A DNA stretch of 63,985 nt, counting the filler, from Olpidium bornovanus S191 (taxonomy: Eukaryota > Fungi > Olpidiomycota): assembly GCA_017911155.1 (NCBI GenBank). It is 26 parts of 26 records of this genome, joined end to end, with 100 filler letters (N's around TTAATTAATTAA, not from the genome) between each part and the next. Parts side by side here need not be neighbours in the genome. Positions count along the whole stretch, not along the records: positions 11,333 to 12,822 come from JAEFCI010006380.1; positions 12,923 to 14,454 come from JAEFCI010007509.1; positions 14,555 to 18,094 come from JAEFCI010003755.1; positions 18,195 to 20,278 come from JAEFCI010008571.1; positions 20,379 to 21,628 come from JAEFCI010010490.1; positions 21,729 to 27,162 come from JAEFCI010010634.1; 20 more parts are not named here. One strand, given 5' to 3'. The position numbers were made by a program, and so were the translations under genes. The notes beneath the pieces were generated by a model. That model was not told the origin of the DNA, made no database searches, and worked only from the letters and a program-made list of their open reading frames with translations. Shown piece after piece: positions 11,333 to 23,519 of this stretch (its first letter is position 1; each line of letters starts with the position of its first letter).

Positions 11333-12760
11333 CCATGCCACAAACGCGGCGGACGAAACCGAAAAGAGGGAGAGACCGAACCTCTTTCCCCGGCCTCCAC
11401 ACCACGCAGGTGACCCTGCTGAACGGGCCCTTGAGCTTCTTGAGCAGGTCGCCCTCGTGGATCGAGTAGGCGAGGATGCAGCGGCTGTCGCTCGGGTGGA
11501 AAAGCAGCGGAGGCCAGGCGCCGCCGAGCGGGGTCACGGCCGCGCACACGGCGTGCGCCGAGCGGTTGCGCAGGTGCGCCCCGTAGTTCACGAGGGCGTT
11601 GCGCCCCGTCGACGCGCTCCACAGCCGGATCTGGTCGTCGGTCCCGCTCGACAACAGGTGGTGCCCCGTCGCCGTGAACGTGAGGCCGTTGACGAAGCCG
11701 TTGTGCGCCAGGTTGGTGGAGGCCAGCGGGTCGGCGCCTGGCGGTGCGGGGGAATGTTTTTTTTTTGTTTGGGATTTGCGGTGGAGGAAGGGCGGGAAGG
11801 GGAGTCGTTTAGCTCAGAGAATTCGCACGAAAAACTGCCGAGAGCGGGAGGGTTTCTAAAAAAAAAAAATCCCTCCGAGCCGAGTCGCGGATCGAAGGGA
11901 AAGGGGGATACCTGAATTGTGCTGGTCTAACGACATCATGCAGGCCGCCGCTTTTCGCACGTCCCAAAAACGCACCGTCTGGTCTGCCCTGTGACGAACC
12001 CCCCCGGTCGATCGGCCCCCCACCCGGGCCGGCCCACCCGCGCGCCCGCCGCCCGTCCCCGGACGTTTCGCCGATTTTGTCCGGGTTCGTTTCAAGGAGT
12101 TTTTTTCTCTCGCCCCGCTGGACTCGCACCTCACACCGCAAAAACCCACCCTCCGGAAGCGAGCAGGAACTCGTCGGTCGGCGACCACCGCACCGCCAGA
12201 ACCTTCCCGCGGTGGCCAGACAGGGTGTGCGCGAACGCCTCCGAGCGCACGTCGCACAGGCGTATCCGCGGGTCCTCCACGGCGGCTGCGCAAGGGAGCC
12301 GGGCGGGCAAAAGAAACAAACAAAAAAAAGGATTGGTCAATGCCGAGTCGTCTTGCCGACGGATGATTCGCGCCGGGTGGTCCACGCTTACCGGCTACGA
12401 GCCCGTGGCCCCCCGCCGGAGATATTGAGTGGCAGTACACTTTGGACTCCAGGTCAAACCGGCAGGCCTCCTGCGAAGAGGGCAACCGTTTGTCAATTAG
12501 GGAAGGGAGGGGGGGGGGCCCTGGTCCCCCAAGCCCCCGTTAGACGGCGCCGGCGAGAGACCGCGCGGTTCGCGGTTTTTCCCCCCACTTCTTTCCACCC
12601 CGAAGAACCCACGCGCATGGCGTTCGTGTCCCAGACGCGCAAGGTCTTGTCGAACGACGAAGTGAAAAACATGCCCGTGTCGAACGGATACCATGATATC
12701 CCGGAGACCGCGTAGCGGTGGCCCTCCTTGCTTTTTGCGCACGCGATCGTTTTTTTTTTT
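11333..12760 (-). CDS. ERCC8: WD40 DNA excision repair protein ERCC8/CSA (Rad28/Ckn1-like), partial
   Basis: [82 protein letters not shown] and [12 protein letters not shown]...DDQIRLW...LVNYG. Confidence 0.93.
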
Positions 12761-14307
12761 TTTTTTTCCGCGGCAAGTTCGCGCACGGAACGGCCGGTTC
12801 CGGCCCCCCCCCCCCCCCCCCCNNNNNNNNNNNNNNNNNNNNNNNNNNNNNNNNNNNNNNNNNNNNTTAATTAATTAANNNNNNNNNNNNNNNNNNNNNN
12901 NNNNNNNNNNNNNNNNNNNNNNCCCCCCCCCCCGCTTTGAATCGATAAGTGATTATTTGATCCAGGGTGCACGTCGTATCCAGGGGTGGCTCTTGTTCCA
13001 GAATCCCCGTCCCATTTTCCGGGAGATCAAGTTCGCCGGATTGTATGGTTTGCTCTTATTAGCGGTTGCATCAAAGCGCTCTACAATTTAGCTGTTCCGA
13101 GGGTTTCAAAGCATGTTACGTCTTGCTTGTGTTTGAGTACCCGGCCAGGATGATTTTCTTTTTCGGTAGGAGCTAACTTCCCGCTCTTCCTTCAGAGGAT
13201 GCGCGTACGCGGAGCTTCTGGTTATGCGAGCATGCTTTCAGTCTCGTTGCGTAGTCGGCTGCTGCGCCGCGGAAGCCGCCGCCCTTCCATGGTTGATGCG
13301 TTTACTTCCGCAGCTTTAAGGGCGATAAGCGGTTGGCGATTCTCTTCCTTGAAGTTCTCTTTGACAGGGAGTCTGCGGGTTGGGCTCGTAACCTGCCAAA
13401 CCGCACACCGCGGCCAAGTCTTAGGAGACTGGAGCAGAGCCGACGGACGACTTGCCGGCACTTGAAGCATGCTACGTCATAGCATCTTCGAGACTGACGG
13501 CCGGGCATTTTTGACGTGCAAGTTTTGAAAAAAGATTTTTCGCGGGACATTGATCTGCGAAACGGTGGCGTTTTTGAAAAACCGCCGCCTGACGGGGCCT
13601 ACTTACCGCGCCTCGCTCCGTTCCCTCCCCAGCCCGGAGGCGAAGGTGGCGCTTCCGGGTGGTACGAGAGGGAAATGGTCGAGCGCGCTTGTGGCTATCA
13701 GGAGCGTGCGCGCCACCAGCGCCGGTAGGTAAGATCCCAACGAGCGATCAAAAAAAAACCAGCCACAATGGCGCTCTGCACGGGCGCATGCGTGCCAATT
13801 CGTCGCAAGGCGCAGCCTGCCTGCCCGAACGCGGCGAGCTGGAAATGCGCAAGGATGGAAATATAATTTCTATTGATGCGCTTGAGATGGGGGAAGATGC
13901 GCGAGGTCCTCTTTCGGCATTGATATTGGCAGGCTTTGAGCCACAATTTTTACGTGGTCGCCATGGCAACCAACCGCGGGTAATCTCAACACGCCTTTTT
14001 CGCCGCTTCCCACCTTCCCTTCATGCGAACCGTCGAACGAATTCGTCAAACGCTTGGAACGAGCTGAGTTTAGCGAGGTGCCTTGCTTTTGCTGCGGCGG
14101 TCGACGCCGAGCGTCGAAATGCCTCCCCCTTCACGGCCGTCACGTCTCTGCCTGGCTGCCTGACTGACGGCAACCCCCGCACAGGCGCGTCTGCTTCGAT
14201 AGGCTCTGTTCTGCTTGGTTCGGCTCAGCTCGGCTCGGCCCAGCCAGTGTCGCGCTCCCTTTCGGGAGCCACGTCCACCATCCACCTCTCTCCGGGCCCT
14301 CCCGGTT

Positions 14308-14454
14308 ATGCGGAACCCGCTCTCGCACGGGGTCATGGTGCTGGGGGGCCCGCGGACGAACCTGTTTGTGCTCTCTTTCGTGGTCGTCCTGGCCATAACG
14401 TCGCTGCTGCTGTACGCGAACACCGCAGGAGTCTCCTGGACGGCTTCCCAGCCC
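14308..14454 (+). CDS. N-terminus of a probable type II membrane protein (truncated)
   Basis: MRNPLSHGVMVLGGPRTNLFVLSFVVVLAITSLLLYANTAG: short N-tail plus one hydrophobic helix, running into the contig end. Confidence 0.4.
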
Positions 14455-14581
14455 NNNNNNNNNNNNNNNNNNNNNNNNNNNNNNNNNNNNNNNNNNNNTT
14501 AATTAATTAANNNNNNNNNNNNNNNNNNNNNNNNNNNNNNNNNNNNNNNNNNNNCATAAAAAAGAAAAAAAAAAAAAAAAA

Positions 14582-14612
<31 letters not shown>

Positions 14613-14683
14613 CCCCCCCCCCCCTCCCCCCTTCCCTTTTTTTTTTTTTCCTCCCTCCAAACTGCTTCCTGATTCCCGTCATC

Positions 14684-15681
14684 ATGGCCACCGAAGGCAG
14701 CACCGCCAACCTTGCGGCCGGAGCGGACAAGGCGGCCGCGGGAGCTCCCGCGGCGGGGGCCGCCGCGCCCGCCGCGGAGGCCGCGGATTCAAGAAAAAAT
14801 TTTAACTACCCTTTGATTCGGGTAAGCCCCTTTTTTCCTTTTTTTTGGTTTTCCCATACAATTTTGGGAGGAGGCGCGTGATGAAGAGGATAAGGGAGGT
14901 GCGGAGACGCCGGGTCATTTGCAATCGGGTGAACTTAGACGTGGATCGGTCTGCTTTGAGAGGAGGGGGGTGGGAAGGAGAGCCGACGTAACATTTTGTC
15001 CGATCGCCGATAACCGACGGGTTGGCCCGGCGTTCCCGCCCGCGAACCACTTGCTGACCGGCTTTGACCGGCCACGTCACTGAACGTCGCGCGCGCGCCG
15101 GCGGCCCGCTTCAGTTTACTGATATGACGGAGGACCTGCGCGCGGAGACTGTGGACATGATTGTCACGGCGGTCGAGAAGCATCCGGGAAACTTCGAGGT
15201 GCCTGTCAGGAGGCCGGCCGTTTTTCTCCCGCTCTCGTTGCGCCTCGTGCCAAAAACCACGTCGTTCCTTCGCCGCTCATCGCCGTCTGGTACCCCCCCC
15301 CTCCCTCCCCCACGCCCCCTCGCGCCGGCCGCGTTGCTGTTTAGCGCCCGATTAGGCGGCGGCCAAGAACATCAAGGAGAACATGGATAAAAAATGCGGC
15401 AACTCGTGGCACGTCGTTATAGGCGAGGGTTTCGAATTTGAGATCGTTTACGAAGTGAAGAATCTGCTCTACATGTACTTCGGCGGAACTCTCGGTGAGG
15501 GGATGAAACTTGTTTCGAGACGTTCCGCGGCAGTTTTCCCGTTCGTTTCCGGGTGCGGGTCGCGGGGATGGGGAAGGGGGGGGTGGGTGGGGGGGCCTGG
15601 CAGCCCGTGCTGACTGGCGCCAATTGAAAAAAAAAAAAATAAAAAAATTCAGGCATCCTGGTCTGGAAATCATCGCGGTAG
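14684..15681 (+). CDS. DNAL4: Axonemal dynein light chain 4 (4 exons, complete)
   Basis: ...FNYPLIR|FTDMTEDLRAETVDMIVTAVEKHPGNFE|AAAKNIKENMDKKCGNSWHVVIGEGFEFEIVYEVKNLLYMYFGGTL|GILVWKSSR*. Matches the DNAL4 signature WHVVIGEGFGFEITHEVKNLLYLYFGG. Confidence 0.93.
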
Positions 15682-16758
15682 AGAGTCCGCCGCGTTCGCC
15701 GGGACAAAAACTTTGCGCAAACTCGGGCGCAGGAGCATCGGAAATCGGCGCGGCGCGTTTGCCTCCGTTGGCGCACTCGTCGACCACGTCGGGTCAAAAG
15801 CATACCAGGGGCGGGAACAGCCGCGGTGGCTCGGAAGCCGTCGTCAGGACGCAGCTGAAATTCACATTAGTGCCGCGTTGTGCGCGAGAGCCGCAAAACC
15901 AGCTTTTAGCCGGGGCTGCTCGGAAAGGGCCGCGATTGGATGGGGTGCCGTCGTGGGATACGTCGGCAAAAAATCGCGGTTCGATCGACTGTTTTTGGTG
16001 CGCATCGTGCGTGCGAGGGGCCGGTTCCCGCTGGCCTTCGTAAGTCAGAAGAATAGTTTGCTTTCTCCAGGCTACTCGGCGCAAAATCGCGCAGGACGGC
16101 CATAGCATCGGGGTGCTCGGCTCAGCTCTTCGGGGAAGATGCCCGATGGCTGCTTTGCTTTCCACCCCTCCGGCTGATGGCGGCTGGGTCGCTTTCAACG
16201 GTCAACGTAGTTCCAGGCTGCGGACCACCTGGCTCGGCTGTGATCAGCGCGCCGTTGATCCTTTTCGACTCCGCTATTTGACCATTATTGGTCCCGGTAG
16301 TGTGTCGTAAATCTGTTCGAATAAAAGCAACATGCGCATGCTCCGCCGGCTGCGCTTCCAGATTTTTTCCGGCAAAAAATATCTGAGGACCTGTCTGAGC
16401 GTCCCTGGGGCCTTGGTGTGACGCAGTTCATTTCTCTATCTGCCTGCTTAACTCATGTAGCCTGGCAATCCCCGTAAATCCGGCATTTTTTCCGACTCTC
16501 GGCCGGGGGATCGCAAATCATGCAGGCCCGTGCGGCTCAGCAGAACTGCCACTGTAGTGCAAACCCCCAAATATCCACCTCGATATCAAGAGCTGTATTG
16601 CCGTCAGGATCGTCTGTTCCATCTCGTCGAGCTTCGTTGGTGTGAACACGCCAAACAGACATCTAAAACGGCACAAGGGAAGACCGATCGGGCGGCACGT
16701 CAACCTACTGCAAATTTGACAGAACGAGGTCAAACGGTAAAGGATACGCGCGGCACTA

Positions 16759-16797
16759 TATTATATATATATATATATACTATTACGTTATATATAA
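16759..16797. repeat. (TA)n microsatellite-like tract
   Basis: TATATTATATATATATATATAC...TATATATA. Confidence 0.7.
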
Positions 16798-17205
16798 GTA
16801 GCACGCTAAAACTCTAGGTAGAACGACAAGCGCTAGTGAGACAAGCGAAAGAAAGACCAGACGAAGTCCGCTGGGCAGCCGGGGGGGAGGAACGACGCGG
16901 ATAGGCGCGGAACCTACCGCCATCGAAGCTGCCGTTGCGAGGGGGGGTTGGCTCGTCCAGGGTTTCAGCGCGGGAAAGAGCGACAGCGGTGGCGGAAAAG
17001 ATGAAAAAACTTACATTGGCGTTTCCTCTGAGAAAGCATTATTCCCCTGCACCCGACGTGTCATACGAGGTACCTGACATCCAATTATTGTTTTGGCATT
17101 ATTGAGGGGCCGAATCAGGCAAAACACACTGAAAGCAGGCTTTGAAAAATGCCGACGCGATACAGACACAGAAGCATCACGCAGGCCTCTCCGCAGTCGA
17201 TCCAG

Positions 17206-17239
<34 letters not shown>

Positions 17240-17276
17240 GCCCGGGCAATTACCGGCACACAACCCCCCCACCCCA

Positions 17277-17314
<38 letters not shown>

Positions 17315-17598
17315 CGCCGTCGCGGGGGGAGCTCACACACGGCGGGGCCCCCCCCGGTCGTCGCCGACAACCAGGCCTCCGCTCGAGGACGCACCGCGCA
17401 AACGCCTGCCGGGCGCGCGCCTCTGGGAGAAATTCTCTCTGGCGCTGCGACAATCTACGTCCGCAATTCGGATTTTCCGCATTTCGGGCCCCCGGCGGGA
17501 AAATGTCTCCTCCCCATGTTCTCGGCCCGACATAATGCGGCATTACGGGTTCACGTTCTGGCCAGTCTTCGCGTTCCCGGCCGCATTGCCGATGTAGC

Positions 17599-17870
17599 AT
17601 GTCCTTTAAGAAAACCGGGAAACACGAGCTTGTTGCGACTTATCGCAAACTGCTCTACTCGAGCCCCGCCATCGCTTCTCTCGCGGCCATGGCGTCTAAG
17701 ATCCGATCGTTTGAAAAATCCTCGAACGCCGCTTTGGCAAGGCTGCCCAATACGCTCCGGAAACTCCTTGAACCCCACCGAACGGCACACAGGGTGCAAG
17801 TCGAGCGGAAATTGCCGCGTACAGCTGAACCGGCCCAGCCGACAAAAGAGGATACTTCTTTTTTTTTTCT
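17599..17870 (+). CDS. Hypothetical ORF
   Basis: MSFKKTGKHELVATYRKLLYSSPAIASLAAMASKIRSFEKSS...; protein-like composition, begins at a CATG, no family recognised. Confidence 0.25.
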
Positions 17871-18270
17871 TTTTTTTTCAGATAAAGTAAGGCATCACAT
17901 CGGGGGGCGGCGAAGCTTTCTCGGCAATAATGTATTTTACACGTTGAACGGGCTAGGGCGAGAAAGGGGGTGGGGGGGGAATAGTGCTGTACAACGATAA
18001 ACAACCGAAGCGGGCACCGTCAATCAATTAATTATTCTGGCTTTATTAAGGCGGCCAGTCACGTGCGATTCAGCGGCTTCCGGTCGTCGTCATGNNNNNN
18101 NNNNNNNNNNNNNNNNNNNNNNNNNNNNNNNNNNNNNNTTAATTAATTAANNNNNNNNNNNNNNNNNNNNNNNNNNNNNNNNNNNNNNNNNNNNAGTGAT
18201 CTCGGCGATTTCAAGGTCACGTGACTTTCTTGGCTGGCTGTTGGCGAGTTGTCTTCGATAAGGTCTTGAC

Positions 18271-19100
18271 ATGGCCCGAGAGGGGTTTGACGCCACCGGA
18301 GCGCGCTCCGTGACAGTGACGTTCATTAGGTGGATCAACTCCGTGCTTGGAGATCTCACAGATCAGTGCGTCGTCCTGTATATGGACAACGTGCTGATTT
18401 ACTCCAAGACGGAGGAAGATCATAGAAAACACCTACGGCAGGTCTTCCAACGTTTCCGAGACCACCAAGTATATGTCAACTTGGTGAAGTCGTCCTTCGG
18501 AAAAACATCCGTCGAATTCCTAGGATATATCTTCGACGAGACGGGTATCCGCGTAAAGGACAACTATAAACAGGCAGTCATGGACTGGCTGCCCCTACAG
18601 GATAAGGGCGACGTCAACCAATTCCTCGGGTTAGTCAATTACTTCAAGAATTGGATAGACGGGTACGCAGATATGTGCATCCCGCCCTCCGCAAGAAGAA
18701 TGCTCCATGGATATGGACGTCCATCCATCAGGAAGCAGAAGAAGCCCTTTAGGAGGCACTGCTATCCTCACCGGTCCTCCACTATTTCCGGCCGGAGCTC
18801 CAGACAATCGTACCCTCCGATAGCTCGGCCTTCGTGATAAGTGGACAGATCAGACAGATTGATGAGCAGGGCTATGAGCATCCAATTCTCTATTGGAATC
18901 GCAAGATGCAGGTCGGGAGACGCGCTACAGCATATACGAATAAGAGCTACTTGCCTTGGTCGAGATGCTGCGCGTCGCCGGTCCCTACATCGATGGACGC
19001 CCCTTCGTCGTGAAGACCGATCATCGCGCACTCCAATGGCTACAGACTCAGACCCGCCTATCAAAACGGCAGGCGGGCTGATTGCGCTCCTCGTCCGGGG
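18271..19100 (+). mobile_element. Degenerate Ty3/Gypsy pol fragment (RT, connection, RNase H)
   Basis: VVLYMDNVLIYSKTEEDHRKHLRQVFQRF...FLGY...FLGLVNYF. After a frameshift: WIWTSIHQEAEEAL*EALLSSPVLHYFRPE...SDSSAF...PILYWNRK, then ETRYSIYE*ELLALV...FVVKTDHRALQWL. Confidence 0.95.
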
Positions 19101-20214
19101 TTCGCCGAACACGTCAACTGTACCAACCGGCGGAAAACGCGGGCAGCTCAGACGACGGGGGGCAGCGGCGGGGACGGTGGCTGAGCGACGACGGGATCGC
19201 GCGAGCATGTTGTAGTTGAACGACGGCAGGGCTGGCAGCGCGCGCCGCAGACGATGACCGGGCGTGTCCTGGCCCGCCAGTTTCAACTACGTCTTCGGCA
19301 CCACCGCAGCCGACGATCCCAAGTTCAATAGGAGGCACAGGGTGGCCTACCCCGGCCTGGGGCGGGCCCGTCGAGGAAGGGCTGGACCGGTGGCAGAAGC
19401 GGACGCGCCGCGTTTTTTTTTTCCCCCGTTTTGCGATGCTTTGACTAGTGCTTGAAAGTGCTCTTCTCATCAGCTCGACGGAGTCGAGCGACCATTCGCC
19501 TTCGAGCGAGAAGTGTTGTGAACCCCGTGCGATGCGGCTCTACGGCTTGCGCGGTCAACAACGATGCGTTTCTGTCTTGGGAAGGCCTCCGTGCGCGCCG
19601 GGGGCCCCCCCGGGCAGAACCGCAAACAGGAGAAGACAGAGCTGAACGCCCGCCGCTCCCTTCCGGATCAGATTGGCGGCAGAAAGGAAAAGGGATATCT
19701 GTTCGCGCGCATAACGCACTTTTTCAACCCTTCTCCGCCCCGCTCCCGGACGGGGGTGATCCACCTGGCGGACGGTTGGGCATTGTCGGCCTTGCGCTCT
19801 TCGCGCAGGCTCTGCTCCCCTTTCCCGCCGCCTCTTCCTCCTCCCCCCCACAACCCCGCCCCCCCCATACACACACGCCCGGCCCCCATTCCCACGCAGG
19901 GCAAAACAATAGAACAGCCCTGAACGGGCCGATTGAAACAAACCGGCGCACCCAGAAAATTTCTCAAGCGTCTTTGCCAAAGGGCGAGGAGGTATGATTG
20001 GTGGAAAGTTTGATGCGCGGGAAGCGGGAATGAGGTGTGGAGAGCGGCAGTGGGTAACCAAGGTAAAGAGAAATGGGGTTATTACGAAGTTTTTTACGTG
20101 GAGGAGGGATGTGCTCCAAAAGAGGGGGGAGAGGGGGGGGAGGGGGGGGGAGGGGAATCGGTGATTGCTGTCTTGATTTGCGAACGTTGTCGTGCGTGTC
20201 CATGTAAAAAGGCT

Positions 20215-20268
<54 letters not shown>

Positions 20269-20378
20269 CCCCCCGTCCNNNNNNNNNNNNNNNNNNNNNN
20301 NNNNNNNNNNNNNNNNNNNNNNTTAATTAATTAANNNNNNNNNNNNNNNNNNNNNNNNNNNNNNNNNNNNNNNNNNNN

Positions 20379-21587
20379 CATGTCGCCGGCAACGTGACCC
20401 GATAGTACAGCAACGCGCCCGCCCGTGTCCTACCCAATCCCGACGAAAAAGTCGACGACGGGGGCTCTTGGGCGGGCTGCACAGGGGGGGCGGCGGTCGG
20501 TTGAGCATTCAGTGCTGGCGCTGGTGGTGCCGGCGCAGGTGCCGCTGCCGAGGTCGGCTCCTCCTTCTGCAGCGGCGCCGCCGCCGGAGCAGCCGCGACC
20601 GACGAGGCGGACGCCGCAGGCTTAGGCTTTCGAAGAATAGGGTCATTTCGGGACGTCAGCAACGACCAGACTCCGCAAATCTCTGCGGCGACGATCAGCG
20701 AGGCAACACCGCCATACGAACCTTCGCGACCATCACCACGACGAAATCTTTCTCCCCGATTTTGCAATCTTCGACGGACGCAGCATCGTCGAGAATTTTA
20801 CCTGCAGTAAACACGATAAATAGCGGCGAAGCCAAAGCCCGCTCCCGCCAGAAAAAAAATGAGGCAAATTTCTATTTGACTAAAGGGAAGGGAGGGGCAG
20901 GGGCCCGGGGGGTGGCCGTAGCTTTGTAGAGAACGTCGTCCGGGCGGCTGAGCGGAAACACACAGGTGCGGCTCCCCCGCCGGAGCAAACAAAAGCACCA
21001 TCGCGTCGAAGGTTCCGAGAACGGGCAATCCGCTGGCGCACTCTGCAAGACTGGACAAATGGAGCTCGCGGAGGCCAGAAGCCGGACGATGCCCTCTTCC
21101 CCCCTTCTCTTTTTTCCCCACCGGCCAGCCGCGCCTCTCCCGGCATCCCACGTACACACCAGAAAATATGAGCTTCTGCTGTGCCACAGGGTAGCCCTTC
21201 TCCTTTTCGACAGCCTCCTTCACAGTCGAGATCTGCGAGGCGTGGCGTGCGGGGTGGGGGGGGGGGGGGGCAGTGTCGGTCAACCCACCGGCAGAGAAGG
21301 GAGAGACGCGCGTGGCGGGCCACACAGAAAAGGCGCATCGGCAGTTTTTCAGCAAAATAGGAGTGCCGAGAGCGCGGCGGGGAAGGTCACCTTGTCCGCG
21401 GGGTTGACCTCGATTTGGAAGGTCTGCTGCAGCAGGTTCCGGACGGTGAGTTTCTGGATTTTTTTTAAGCGGTGAAAGTACGGGAGGCGCGGCCGCGGAG
21501 TAAGCAGAGCAAAAGGCGAACGTGTCTACGGGACGGGGTATCTCACGTCGTCGCGCGCGCGAACATACAAACACCGGGCCTCACCAT
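20379..21587 (-). CDS. RAD23: UV excision repair protein / proteasome shuttle Rad23 (3' truncated)
   Basis: ATG|gtgagg first exon, then KLTVRNLLQQTFQIEVNPADK|ISTVKEAVEKEKGYPVAQQKLIFSG|KILDDAASVEDCKIGEKDFVVMV (UBL domain), then an Ala/Pro linker. Confidence 0.92.
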
Positions 21588-21592
21588 TATTT

Positions 21593-21625
<33 letters not shown>

Positions 21626-21728
21626 GCGNNNNNNNNNNNNNNNNNNNNNNNNNNNNNNNNNNNNNNNNNNNNTTAATTAATTAANNNNNNNNNNNNNNNN
21701 NNNNNNNNNNNNNNNNNNNNNNNNNNNN

Positions 21729-21847
21729 CGCTCGTCGGCACGTTGGCGAGGAATTGCTGAAGCATCTGTTCAGGCAATTTCTCGTCCTCGATTTTCATGA
21801 TAGCCCGCCGAAGGTCGGCCAGGCTAAGCTTGATGCGGGAAATCATG
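21729..21847 (-). CDS. Formin FH2-domain fragment
   Basis: IMISRIKLSLADLRRAIMKIEDEKLPEQMLQQFLANVPT fits the FH2 segment 'I.LS..K.....I..AI..MDE..L....L..L....PT'. Confidence 0.75.
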
Positions 21848-21975
21848 ATCGGCCGCAACGTCGGCCTCCAGGAGATCGTCTTGCGCAAGCTCGGGATAGG
21901 TGACATCGAGATCGTCGACTGGCTCGCCCCGGCGATCGCGAAAAACCAGCACCTCCGGCGGATAGATCTGAGCTG
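21844..21975 (+). CDS. Leucine-rich repeat (RNI-like) exon fragment
   Basis: GRNVGLQEIVLRKLGIGDIEIVDWLAPAIAKNQHLRRIDLS, then a TG|gtagaa donor and a T-rich intron. Confidence 0.7.
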
Positions 21976-22573
21976 GTAGAATTTTTTTTTTTTTGATTTT
22001 GTCGGGAGCCCGGCTCGGATGTTCACTCCTTGACCCGGACTGATTTTGGTGTGTTCGTTTTTAAACTTTTTTGTGCGTTTCTATCTTCTTTCTTTGCTTG
22101 TTTGTTTTATTTTGTTTGCTCGTTTTTTTTTCGCTTTTTTGTGGGGTTTTTTTGTGTTATTTTGTTTTTTTTTCGTTTAATTGTGGTTTTGTCTTTCTTT
22201 CATTTTGGGGGGTTTTTGCTTTTACGTTTTTCTTTGTTTTTTGTACCTTTTTGTTTTTCTTTTCTTTTGTAATTTGTTTTTCTTTTGGTTTTATGTTGTT
22301 TTGGGTTTTTATTTCTGGATATATATATATCTGGTGTTAATTTTCCCCTTTGTTTTTGTTATTTTGGTTTTTCGTTTTTTTGTTTTCTTGATGTTTGTTT
22401 CTTGTTCTTGTTTTTTTGACTTGGTTTTTTGGTTTTGCTTTTTGGTTTTGTTTTTTGGGTTATGTTCTTTTCGGTTTGTTCTACGTTGGGGGGGGGGGGG
22501 GCCGGGGTCTTCCCGTTTTTTGGTTTTTTCCTTTTTTTTTCTTTTTTTTTGTTTTCGTTCATTTTTTTTTTTT

Positions 22574-22615
<42 letters not shown>

Positions 22616-22740
22616 TGCTTCGTTTTTCGCTCCCTCTCTTATTTCTCACTGACGCGTGAAATTTCAAAATTCCTCGGCGGCAAATCCGCCGCCCTCTTCG
22701 CGCGCGTGCCTCCCACCGCTCCTCTTCTCACCCATGGTTG

Positions 22741-22870
22741 CGCAAAGAACGCGCGGCCAGAGGAAGAGAGAGAGAGACAGAGAGGGAGAGGGAGAGGGAG
22801 AGGGAGAGAGAAAGGGAAAGCGAGAGTGAGAGGGAAAGCGAGAGGGAGAGGTAAAGCGAGAGTGAGTGTG
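22741..22870. repeat. GA-rich microsatellite / low-complexity tract
   Basis: (GA)n and GGAGAG/GCGAGA-type units. Confidence 0.8.
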
Positions 22871-23038
22871 AACGCAAAGCGCGTGTCTCTGTCACGCGGA
22901 CCATCTGCGGAGATGATCGTTCCTCCCGGAGCGGGCGGGACTGGAGAGAGCACACTGCAGGAGCAGCAGCAGCCTTCGCCCGCGCGTCCCCGGCCATCGC
23001 CCACTCTGCCACCCTCCCTCTCTCGCGAACGGGCACCG

Positions 23039-23071
<33 letters not shown>

Positions 23072-23519
23072 AGGAACGTATGCGGCCGAGGGCGCCCGCG
23101 GGGCCCCAAGGCGTGCGATGTCCCTCCTTTTCCCTGCGGCCGGTTGCGTTTGGCACTCCTGTCCGCCGTGGGTTCGCGGGAGCACTCCGAGGGCGCCCGA
23201 CGTCCGCAGGCTGTGGGGGTTTGACGCCGCGGGGCGCGCGCGCCCTCGCCGGCGGCGGCCGGCGGGCATGGAGTGCCGATACCCGGCAGGGGACGGGGGA
23301 GGAGGACGAGGCGGCGGAGGTGAGTGGCCGGCGGCGGCGGCGGCGGCGGCGGCTTCGGCGGCGGGCGGTGGGTGCGCTGCCGGCCGTGCCGGCCTCCCGC
23401 AGATCGTCCTCAGCCCCTTCCCGCCCGCCCTGCTGCGCACGCCGCCGCCGCCGCCGCCCAGCGAGGCCTGGCCGTCCGCCCTCGCCGACACAGGCCCCGC
23501 CCCCGCCGACCCCTCGCGC

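Noticed and set aside
19207-19290. Imperfect inverted repeat TGTAGTTGAAC / GTTTCAACTACG after the Gypsy remnant
   Set aside because: Short and imperfect with no TSD; next to a CATG that may itself be a chimeric junction.
22030-22625. Phe-rich ORFs resembling multi-pass membrane or mitochondrial proteins
   Set aside because: T-rich, low-complexity, probably low-quality sequence with no conserved motif.
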